Shown: positions 21,286 to 29,140 of the stretch, piece by piece
How positions within the stretch are numbered: the first letter of the stretch is position 1
Layout: each line of letters starts with the position of its first letter
NCBI GenBank assembly: GCA_021772455.1
Contig: JAJFLY010000015.1
Coordinates: forward strand, 1,168 to 65,167
Origin: Chlamydiota bacterium
Lineage (GTDB): Bacteria; Chlamydiota; Chlamydiia; Chlamydiales; JAAKFR01
Length of the DNA: 64,000 nucleotides
Direction of reading: 5' to 3'
Translations under genes and position numbers: made by a program
The notes under the pieces: model-generated
Database searches by the model: none
The model's input: the letters and a program-made list of their open reading frames with translations, nothing else
What the model was told of the DNA's origin: nothing

Positions 21286-21305
21286 GGGGGCGAGAAATCG
21301 CCCCC
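21286..21305. terminator. GC-rich hairpin after the first Inc-like gene
   Basis: gggggcga-gaaa-tcgccccc, 8-bp stem with a GNRA loop. The T-tract is on the minus strand only. Confidence 0.55.
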
Positions 21306-21520
21306 ACCTCCAACCAAACTAAACTCACCCAAATAGACAAATAACTCTCCTCCGATAAGATTATCGTCGGCCAAAAGCTCACCCTTTCCTAGTAACTGCG
21401 CTTTTGATATCTTAATCATTTCTTAATCAAAAGTCGCTATAATAATTACATATTGATTAACAGACAATCAATCCAACCTAAATCATAAGTAAAAATAACG
21501 AGGGATAATATTATGACATC
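21299..21520 (+). repeat. Copy 2 of the duplicated segment, decayed and internally deleted
   Basis: Joins homologues of about 20274-20328 and 20485-20672 at the shared ctctcctc microhomology. Confidence 0.85.
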
Positions 21521-21917
21521 GGGAACATCACCAGTAAAAAATGGAAAAAATCTACTCGAAGATGCTACTGCAAGCTTTAAAGAAAAAAGGCTGCAAGAGA
21601 AAAAAAACAATTTGAAGATTGAGATGGTTGTTTTGTTTAGTAGTCTGGTAATTTTAGGATTGGTGTTAGCAACTCATGCCACTATTGGAATCAATAGCGC
21701 AGGGTTGCATAAGGTCTGGTCCGTGCTCACAGCCCCGCAACCGTTCACCATAGGTCAACTGACTTTGGGTGGCGTGGCATTTATTGGAGTGCTCGGAGTT
21801 GTGGAAATCATTCGATGCAAGCGGAACTCCCAATCCCAAAATGATAGCTTACTGTCACCAAACCAACTAGAGGGACCAATGGCATCCGTTGTTAATTACG
21901 ATCGGAAAGCTGGGTAA
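21513..21917 (+). CDS. Hypothetical membrane protein, candidate Inc-like protein
   Basis: Charged N-terminus and bilobed hydrophobic region (VVLFSSLVILGLVLA...LTLGGVAFIGVLGVV). Confidence 0.6.
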   Translation: MTSGTSPVKNGKNLLEDATASFKEKRLQEKKNNLKIEMVVLFSSLVILGLVLATHATIGINSAGLHKVWSVLTAPQPFTIGQLTLGGVAFIGVLGVVEIIRCKRNSQSQNDSLLSPNQLEGPMASVVNYDRKAG

Positions 21918-21947
21918 AAATGAATTTGGTTTTCCCACAACTCCCAC

Positions 21948-22301
21948 TTGTTAGCAAAAACCTTTTCATTCATGCTCGTAGGCATGAGCGAAAAGGTTTC
22001 TTCATTTGATGGATTTTTATACAAAAACGAGCAGGGAGTGTGGCTCCTTTGTAATGCCCCAAATTTGAAAAGCTGCTGCCTAGAGTCACATGCCGTTGTC
22101 ACTCTCGAAGGGGATTTTTCCCGCTATAAAGTCGATAGCGTTGTAACAGTAGAGGGTGTCTACAAAGGGGGAACATTGAGCGCTGTTTGCGTACATGAAA
22201 AAAGCAGCCCCTTTCCCTATTGGTCTTTGGGTGCTGCTTTGTTGATCATTTGCGTATGGATTACCCTGAAACGGCTGAAAGGGCGTCCTCTTCCTCTTTG
22301 A
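21948..22301 (+). CDS. Hypothetical protein with OB-fold-like pattern and C-terminal membrane anchor
   Basis: GFLY...PNLKSCC...VTVEG pattern and a C-terminal transmembrane helix. Start uncertain. Confidence 0.55.
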   Translation: MLAKTFSFMLVGMSEKVSSFDGFLYKNEQGVWLLCNAPNLKSCCLESHAVVTLEGDFSRYKVDSVVTVEGVYKGGTLSAVCVHEKSSPFPYWSLGAALLIICVWITLKRLKGRPLPL

Positions 22302-22977
22302 AACGATAACCCACTCCACGAACCGTCTCAATCCAATGGAAGTTGGGGCCAAGCTTTTTACGCAAAGCAGCGATGTGGACGTCAATATTTCGGTCCATAA
22401 TGAAGGCATCATCATTCTGCACATCATCGAGGAGTTGATTCCGGGTAAGAACTTTTCCGCGGTTGGCCAAAAAACGACGCAAAATACCGAACTCAGAGAG
22501 AGTAATCGGAATGTATTTGTCCCCTTTACGTAGCAAGTAGCGGTCGACCTCGAGGGTAAAATCCCCGAAAGTAAGCGTTTTGGAAAGTTTTGCCGGCTCG
22601 CGACCGCGGCGTAAAACTGCCTTGATACGCGAGAACAAAATTTTTGGAGAAAAGGGCTTGGCAACGTAATCGTCAGCACCAAGCTCAAGTCCAAGTACAA
22701 CATCGAGCTCTTCATTCTTAGCGGAAATGATGATCACGGGAATGTTTTTTAACTCGGGGTTGTGTTTCATCTTACGACAAATATCAAGCCCGTTTTGCCC
22801 GGGAAGCATAATATCTAAAATAACAAGGTCGGGTTTTTCCCTCTCCACAGCACGGTATCCATTGATTCCGTCTGTCTCAACATGCAATTTATGCCCGGAT
22901 ATATCTGCTTGCAGCTTAATGAGTGCTGCAATGTCCTCTTCATCTTCAATTAGTAAGATGCTCTTCTTTTGAGTCAT
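22261..22977 (-). CDS. OmpR/PhoB-family response regulator (possible ChxR counterpart)
   Basis: Receiver domain (LLIEDE, LVILDIMLP, GADDYVAKPF) plus winged helix (IETVRGVGY). Start moved to ATG 22977, with aggag upstream. Confidence 0.93.
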   Translation of the reverse strand: MTQKKSILLIEDEEDIAALIKLQADISGHKLHVETDGINGYRAVEREKPDLVILDIMLPGQNGLDICRKMKHNPELKNIPVIIISAKNEELDVVLGLELGADDYVAKPFSPKILFSRIKAVLRRGREPAKLSKTLTFGDFTLEVDRYLLRKGDKYIPITLSEFGILRRFLANRGKVLTRNQLLDDVQNDDAFIMDRNIDVHIAALRKKLGPNFHWIETVRGVGYRFKEEEDALSAVSG

Positions 22978-23234
22978 TTTAAAGCTCCTGTAAAACTCCC
23001 ATATCGCACAAAATAATAAACAGTGCAAGACGGAAATATTCACTTGTGTTATGCCTATTTTTAACACGATATTTTTATTATTGGTATTCCTTTTTTGTTT
23101 CCAAAAAAAAGAGGATCCTTAACACAATCTTTTTGTAAGAAATTAATTTGCATGAAACATGATCTAACTATACTATGTCGTTTCAGAACCCTTTGTTGTC
23201 TAAATGACAAAATGAATACAAAGAGGAGGGAACA

Positions 23235-25082
23235 GTGACTAAACGCGTGATCTTAATACTATCGTTGTTTGTAGGATGTACGGCCGGCTCGTATATGCTA
23301 TTTAAACCAAAACCTAATTCACAAACAGGGCTCGCTCTTTCCCATTTAAAAGAGAACAACTTTACGGCCGCAGATAAAGCCCTGCGCGTACTTTCGACCC
23401 AGTCGACTGACTATCCCTTAGCCCTCTATAAGGGGTATATCGAACAAGCTCGGGGCCGCTATTTGGAGAGTAAACTCTACTTTCACGCACTTTTGAAAGA
23501 CCCTCCTAAGAAATTAAGCGAAGAGGCAACTGTTGAAATTTTACTCGCCCAAGCGGCAAATGCCTTTTTCGAACAGCGCGATCCTGAACTCTTCCCTCTG
23601 ATCGAAACAGCGCGTAACCTAGCACCTCACAATCCTTTTGTCTTTTTCTTCACTGGCCTACGCAATTACTTTAGTGCCGATTACAAAGAGGCTCTAAAAT
23701 CGTGGAGCGCGTTTGACCCAGCAGAATCTACAGATGGATCAGGTTGGATGGCATCGATGATCGACATGCTTTTCCCCACCTCATGGCGCCAGTTACATAT
23801 TGCCCACTGCTTAACAGAAGAGGGTGATCTATTATCGGGGCGTGAAATTTTGGAAAGGGAAAGCCACCAGTTGGATAACCAGGAGCTATCAAATCTGGCA
23901 ACACTCTTTTTAGGGCTTACCTACCTTAAAGAGGCTCATCACATCCCCCTCGATCAAAGGGGCTCCTATTATAAGCTGGCACGTTTCTATTTTGAACGCT
24001 CGGGGACGATGGAGGCTTACGACAGAGAGCGGAAGTTGATTACGCACAACGTCGAAAAAGAGGCAAGAAACCTAATTCTCACAGATCTCGACAGTGAAAA
24101 GCTAAAGTGGGGTTTTGACTTTGTTCACACCCTTCTCGACTGGAAAGCAGACCATGCGATTGAATCGATTGCTGTCGAGCTTGCCGATAAGATGTTGCAA
24201 CAAAGAGGGGCTGAGGAGGTCACTCTTTGCCAACAGATTAGACAAGAATTTCTCGGCAGTCCTTTTCATGCCCGCGTAACCCAAAAACTACTCGACACAA
24301 TGACACTCAGCCTAAGGCAAGGAGCCACAGAAGAGCTCTATGACGTATGGGCTATGATCGAAACTCTGTCACCCTCACCAAAATTGCTTACAAAGGAGAT
24401 CGCCTCACTTACATCTGAGGAAATCTTCCGCACAATCAATCGCGACGGGAAAACTCTTGCTCATACCCGCCGCTACATCACGTTTTGGGAAAAATTGGGA
24501 CGCAGCGGCCAGGAACGTGAACAGCTTGCACGCGATCTTATGACCCATGCTAAACTCTTCTGGCAGCAGGAAAATCAAGAAAAAAAGGGTGAGCGGCTAA
24601 TGGAGCTCGCTCTCAAGCTCTGCGTAAATAAAACACAGATGGAAGGGCAAATCGCTTCCTATTTGACCTCTCTCTACACGATGGCTGAAGAGAGCAATTT
24701 AATGGGACGTCTGATGCAAATCTTTGATGCGATGGACCGCTTCCAAATTAATAAGCAAGAGCTCGCAAATCCAAGTAAGCTGGCTAACCACCTCGCCGAT
24801 GCCGAGTATTTGTACGATGCACATAACTACTCTCTTTGCAAAGCGCACGCTCTATGGGTATTGAAGCTTGACCCAGAAAGCGAACGTGCTCAACGACTTA
24901 TAGGATTATCCTCCTTTAATCTCGGAGAGTATAACCGCGCCCTATGTGCACTAAAACAACTAGAAAACCCTGACGAAGATGCACGCAAAGCATTAATGCT
25001 AAGCCAAGTATTCGCTCCTCAAGAGCAAGAAAAACATCTTTGTCAAATCGATAACATCGACAATTTTGAAGAGACCGAATAA
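23235..25082 (+). CDS. Large alpha-helical / TPR-like protein with N-terminal membrane anchor
   Basis: N-terminal hydrophobic helix and TPR-like segments (e.g. AQRLIGLSSFNLGEYNRAL). Confidence 0.7.
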   Translation: MTKRVILILSLFVGCTAGSYMLFKPKPNSQTGLALSHLKENNFTAADKALRVLSTQSTDYPLALYKGYIEQARGRYLESKLYFHALLKDPPKKLSEEATVEILLAQAANAFFEQRDPELFPLIETARNLAPHNPFVFFFTGLRNYFSADYKEALKSWSAFDPAESTDGSGWMASMIDMLFPTSWRQLHIAHCLTEEGDLLSGREILERESHQLDNQELSNLATLFLGLTYLKEAHHIPLDQRGSYYKLARFYFERSGTMEAYDRERKLITHNVEKEARNLILTDLDSEKLKWGFDFVHTLLDWKADHAIESIAVELADKMLQQRGAEEVTLCQQIRQEFLGSPFHARVTQKLLDTMTLSLRQGATEELYDVWAMIETLSPSPKLLTKEIASLTSEEIFRTINRDGKTLAHTRRYITFWEKLGRSGQEREQLARDLMTHAKLFWQQENQEKKGERLMELALKLCVNKTQMEGQIASYLTSLYTMAEESNLMGRLMQIFDAMDRFQINKQELANPSKLANHLADAEYLYDAHNYSLCKAHALWVLKLDPESERAQRLIGLSSFNLGEYNRALCALKQLENPDEDARKALMLSQVFAPQEQEKHLCQIDNIDNFEETE

Positions 25083-25106
25083 GGTTTAAAAACTTAGCCT
25101 TTACTG

Positions 25107-25136
25107 TTGATTATAGTTATAATTATACACTATAAT
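25107..25136 (+). promoter_or_regulatory. Candidate sigma66 promoter overlapped by an AT-rich palindrome
   Basis: TTGATT (25107), 18-nt spacer, TATAAT (25131). attatagt-tataattata-c-actataat is a near-perfect palindrome. Confidence 0.45.
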
Positions 25137-25153
25137 GATAGTAGAGGTTTTTT

Positions 25154-25648
25154 ATGTCCCAAAAAGTTAAGATTACCGATTTATTAAATCCGCACAATTA
25201 CGACAAATACAAAGACGATTTAGTTAGGTATTTTGGAAATGGTGGCACCTGGCAAAGTCTTCTTGGCTACAGTGAAGATGTGATGATGGCGCAGTACAAA
25301 AAAGCGTATGATTTATTCCAAAATGCCGAATACAAAGATGCTGCGGCTTGTTTCACCTATCTAACGACGATGAATCCATACCAATACACCTATTGGATGG
25401 GTTTAGGCATCTCCAAGCAGAGTGAAAACCATTATGAAGAGGCGCTTGTTAGCTACACAGCAGCCGAGGCGATTGAACCTGAAAATCCCATTCCCCTTTT
25501 GCATTTATCCCAATGTTACTACGCCCTTCAGCTAAATGATCTGGCGATAGAATCTTTAGAACGTGCGATCAAAACAGCCGGTGATAAGCCTGAACACGCT
25601 CAGGCACGTCAAAAAGCGCAGGTGATCCTCGATCACCTGAAAAGGTAG
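25154..25648 (+). CDS. SycD/LcrH family type III secretion chaperone
   Basis: 164 aa with three TPRs (YKKAYDLFQNAEYKDA, YWMGLG, PLLHLSQCY) and the N-terminal GGTWQSLLG pattern. Confidence 0.85.
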   Translation: MSQKVKITDLLNPHNYDKYKDDLVRYFGNGGTWQSLLGYSEDVMMAQYKKAYDLFQNAEYKDAAACFTYLTTMNPYQYTYWMGLGISKQSENHYEEALVSYTAAEAIEPENPIPLLHLSQCYYALQLNDLAIESLERAIKTAGDKPEHAQARQKAQVILDHLKR

Positions 25649-25654
25649 GGAGTT

Positions 25655-27022
25655 ATGGTTACAGGGGGAGTTGGTGGAGTCGGTGGTCACGGGGAGATCC
25701 CTTCTAGGGGCTTCCTAAATCCAGCTATTTGTCAAGCATACTTGAAGCAGCCGCTCTTTGATCTACCTGAACCAAGCGAGACTTCCAGTGACACTACAAC
25801 AGATGATTCCACACCGCAATTAAGTCCCTCTCGGAGCTTTGATCTCACTTCACCAGTTCCTACAGAAAAACAGCTCGCAGTAATCGAGAGAATGGGCAAC
25901 AAGTTTAACGAAATGACCGAGTTTATGGGAAGCCACCCATGGCTCTCTGCTGGAATGGTGATCGCGGTTTTGCTATTTCTTGCAACGTCGTACCTGACAG
26001 TCAGTGCCCTCATGGGTCACACGACGTTAACCCTTTTCAATGCTCATCCTCAAATTGGTGCAGGCGTCGCTGGCATGACTTTAGTCTCCAGCATTTCTCT
26101 AATCAATATGTGCAGGCACGCAGCTATAAATGATAAGTCAACAAAGCTGATCGAGCAATCAAATTTTGAAGAAACAGAGGATGTTGAAAAAAGAGCGCTT
26201 AGAAGCCAAGCGAAGCTTAACAAACGCCATACTGAGTTCCAAAAGAATCAAGCTAAAACCCTAGAAGAACTCAAAGCCATTCGTGAGGCTTTAGGAAAGT
26301 ATAAAGACTCTTACGAACAAAAATTTAAAGCTGACCTTGAAACCATCACTTCCTCCATCGAGATATTGGAAGCCCAAGCCCCCCTTGCAGAACCAAAATT
26401 TGAAGTAGACCTCGCCCCGATCCAAACTGAATCGATGAAGGAAAATAAAGAAATAGCTCAGTCGATAGTAAAGAGTACTGAAAGTCTTTTCTCTAAAATC
26501 GCAACATATACTTTGGAAAATCCCGCTGCAGCTACACTCTTTGTTATAGCTGCAGGCATGTTAGCACTCACAGGTGTAGGGACTATCCTTTTTTTGCATG
26601 GGATGACTCACGCATACTTTCTTGGTACCCTAACCTCAACAACACTCGTTCCTATGTTAATATACGCTTTAACCATGGTATATGAGGGACACAATAGCTA
26701 CGTCATTAACCAACGTACACAAGAGCTTGCTCTATCCGAATCTCAAACCGAAGAACGAAGACGCTTGCATCTAGCACAGCAGGAACGCGTAGAATGGGTT
26801 AAAAACAAAGCACTTGAGACCATAGAAAAGCAAGAGGTTGATCAAAATAAAAGACTTTGGAATATGAAAACTGACATTATAAGAGGCCTTGCCTTAATCA
26901 ACGAATTCAAAAAGGTCTGTCCCAATCTTAAGTTTGACGAATCTAAAGCTCTTCAGAGCCTTGGAGAGGTCGAAAGAGGAGCGCTTATATTAAATCCATG
27001 GATTGCAGTTCCAAATCAATAA
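25655..27022 (+). CDS. Candidate T3SS substrate (translocator- or Inc-like) with two hydrophobic hairpins and coiled coils
   Basis: Starts 6 nt after the chaperone. Gly/Ser/Thr-rich N-terminus, no Sec signal, two paired hydrophobic regions each followed by heptad-rich stretches. Confidence 0.6.
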   Translation: MVTGGVGGVGGHGEIPSRGFLNPAICQAYLKQPLFDLPEPSETSSDTTTDDSTPQLSPSRSFDLTSPVPTEKQLAVIERMGNKFNEMTEFMGSHPWLSAGMVIAVLLFLATSYLTVSALMGHTTLTLFNAHPQIGAGVAGMTLVSSISLINMCRHAAINDKSTKLIEQSNFEETEDVEKRALRSQAKLNKRHTEFQKNQAKTLEELKAIREALGKYKDSYEQKFKADLETITSSIEILEAQAPLAEPKFEVDLAPIQTESMKENKEIAQSIVKSTESLFSKIATYTLENPAAATLFVIAAGMLALTGVGTILFLHGMTHAYFLGTLTSTTLVPMLIYALTMVYEGHNSYVINQRTQELALSESQTEERRRLHLAQQERVEWVKNKALETIEKQEVDQNKRLWNMKTDIIRGLALINEFKKVCPNLKFDESKALQSLGEVERGALILNPWIAVPNQ

Positions 27023-27064
27023 TCTGTTGAAACCTATTCCAGAAAGGTGTATCAAACAGGCAAT

Positions 27065-28087
27065 ATGACCATTGCCGAAGCCGGATTTGATAAACAACAC
27101 TATCAAACGCAAGTCTCTCGCTTGTGGACGCCAACCCTGCGCAGCTTTAGCCGCTTAATTCGCGCTTCGCTCTTCTTCAACCTCATATTTTTACTTCTTG
27201 CAACGGTAGAAATTGCTCTTTTTTTATCTTTTTTTGCCCTTCTTTCCCAGTCGACCGTCCTCGCCTTCACCCTCGCTATTTTTTTCCTGACGATTTTCTC
27301 CTACTTCGTCGTGCGCCTTTATGTGCAGGCAAAACGTCCCGAGCAACTGCTCGATTTATGCGAGGAATATCTGGAGAGGTGTAAAGAGATCATCCGCTAC
27401 CAAGAGGGGATTCCTGAGCACCACATTGCCCTTGCAAATGTCGCACACAAATTCGCAGCCACCCTCCACGAGAGAGAGTATCTCTTTTTCACCCCACCCT
27501 TTTTTTTAAAGCCTCTCGCCCCGACGCTCGAAAAATTTAGCTGCTTTTGCTACTGGAAGGACATTCACCGCCTCAAAGAACTTTTGCTCACAACCTCTGT
27601 TGAAGAACATTTGAAAGTGGTCCAGTGCGAGCCGACAAATCTCGAAGTGCATGCTGCACTTGCGAACGCCTATGTGATGCTATCGAGTTTATATGCCGAT
27701 CCACGCAAATACCACGATTACGACGAGGAGAGATGGGTCCCTCCTGAGCGCTATGCTGATGAGATGCAAGCCAAATTCCGTGCGATCGCTAAGCGGGCAA
27801 TCGAGGAATTTAAGATTTTAAACGACTATGCCCCCGACGATCCATGGGTCCATGTCCAACTCGCCTATTCCTACCACGACCTCCAGATGCCCGAAGAGGA
27901 GATCCGGGAGTATGAGACAGTTCTCAAGCTCCGTCCTCAAGATAAAGACACTCTTTTCAAACTGGGAATGCTCTATTTCCACCAAGGAATGAACGCTAAA
28001 GGGTTGAGTATTTACGAGATGCTTAAGCACACCAACTACAAGAAGGCCGAGAGTCTTATCAAATTCTACGGCTCCTACGAAGACTGA
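27065..28087 (+). CDS. Membrane-anchored TPR protein
   Basis: Two N-terminal transmembrane helices and C-terminal TPRs (PWVHVQLAYSY, TLFKLGMLY). Confidence 0.75.
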   Translation: MTIAEAGFDKQHYQTQVSRLWTPTLRSFSRLIRASLFFNLIFLLLATVEIALFLSFFALLSQSTVLAFTLAIFFLTIFSYFVVRLYVQAKRPEQLLDLCEEYLERCKEIIRYQEGIPEHHIALANVAHKFAATLHEREYLFFTPPFFLKPLAPTLEKFSCFCYWKDIHRLKELLLTTSVEEHLKVVQCEPTNLEVHAALANAYVMLSSLYADPRKYHDYDEERWVPPERYADEMQAKFRAIAKRAIEEFKILNDYAPDDPWVHVQLAYSYHDLQMPEEEIREYETVLKLRPQDKDTLFKLGMLYFHQGMNAKGLSIYEMLKHTNYKKAESLIKFYGSYED

Positions 28088-28159
28088 CCATTTACTAGGT
28101 CCATGTGAGATTTGTCGTGACTATTTCCACATGGGTATAGCAAATGGTTGGGGTTTTCC

Positions 28160-29074
28160 TTAAAGCGCTTGCCAGGCGACGGTTCCGACAACAAGGCCGG
28201 CAACACAAAGAAGGTTTGCCCACCAGTTAACCGCTTCCTTATAGACAAGTTGCGCCCACCCATTACAGAGCAAGATAATCCCGACAGAAAAGATGGGAAA
28301 AATCATCGCATTCTCCCATGCCGAGGCGACCTGTGGGGCTAAAATGAGGAAGAAGGTACACGCTCCGTTGGTTACCCCTCCTATTATACCGTAATAGACC
28401 TCAGCCCCTTTGGGTAGGTGGTGCCTTTTAACAAGGTAGATAATCCATTGGAATGCCGCTCCGACAAACACAATTGTTGGCATGAACCACTGAATATTGA
28501 CAGCTTCCAAGTGAAAAGGGATCAAAATCGAATGGGGAAGGCCAGGCCTTAAAATCATTGCCCACCACTGCAGGAAGACAAGGAAGAGGGTATGGGCGAC
28601 AAAAATAAAGGTGGCAAAGCACATCCAGACGGTTTTATTGGGGTTATGCTCGGATGTCCAGCCAGCCCAAAAGAGCCCGGCAACGACAAGAGCGGAGCCG
28701 ATTGCGTTGCTTAAAGTATAGCCGTGCCCAAGAGCTGCTCCAAAGAGAAGAACAAGCGCGATCGCGGGCGCGACAGAAGAGGTATTGAGAATGGCAAAGG
28801 AGAGCCCTGGAGGCCCTTTTTCAAGAGTTTTTCCAAGTCCCCACATAAACACACCGAAAATCAACCCTCCGACCAATCCTAAACCTACGGCACCGCTGCT
28901 CCATCCATAATCGCCCGTCCGAACAGGATTGAGAAGAACCATGACGAGAAAAGAGAAAGAGAGCTGGACGACGAGGTAGGCTCTGCTTGACCCCCCGGCG
29001 TCGATACTGCGGCGCATACAAAAATTGCTTGTCGAAGCCAAAACGGCTGCTAGTAGTGCAAAAAAAATTCCCAC
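28160..29074 (-). CDS. EamA/DMT family transporter
   Basis: About 10 transmembrane helices in two halves. Probable GTG start at 29074 with aagggg upstream. Confidence 0.7.
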   Translation of the reverse strand: MGIFFALLAAVLASTSNFCMRRSIDAGGSSRAYLVVQLSFSFLVMVLLNPVRTGDYGWSSGAVGLGLVGGLIFGVFMWGLGKTLEKGPPGLSFAILNTSSVAPAIALVLLFGAALGHGYTLSNAIGSALVVAGLFWAGWTSEHNPNKTVWMCFATFIFVAHTLFLVFLQWWAMILRPGLPHSILIPFHLEAVNIQWFMPTIVFVGAAFQWIIYLVKRHHLPKGAEVYYGIIGGVTNGACTFFLILAPQVASAWENAMIFPIFSVGIILLCNGWAQLVYKEAVNWWANLLCVAGLVVGTVAWQAL

Positions 29075-29140
29075 GATGACCCCTTGTCTGAAAAAGAGAA
29101 TAGGAGTGTAATGAAATGCCAAAAAGGTGGAAAGCACTTC

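Noticed and set aside
22086-22715. 209-aa minus-strand ORF
   Set aside because: Alternative frame overlapping the response regulator, with no motifs.
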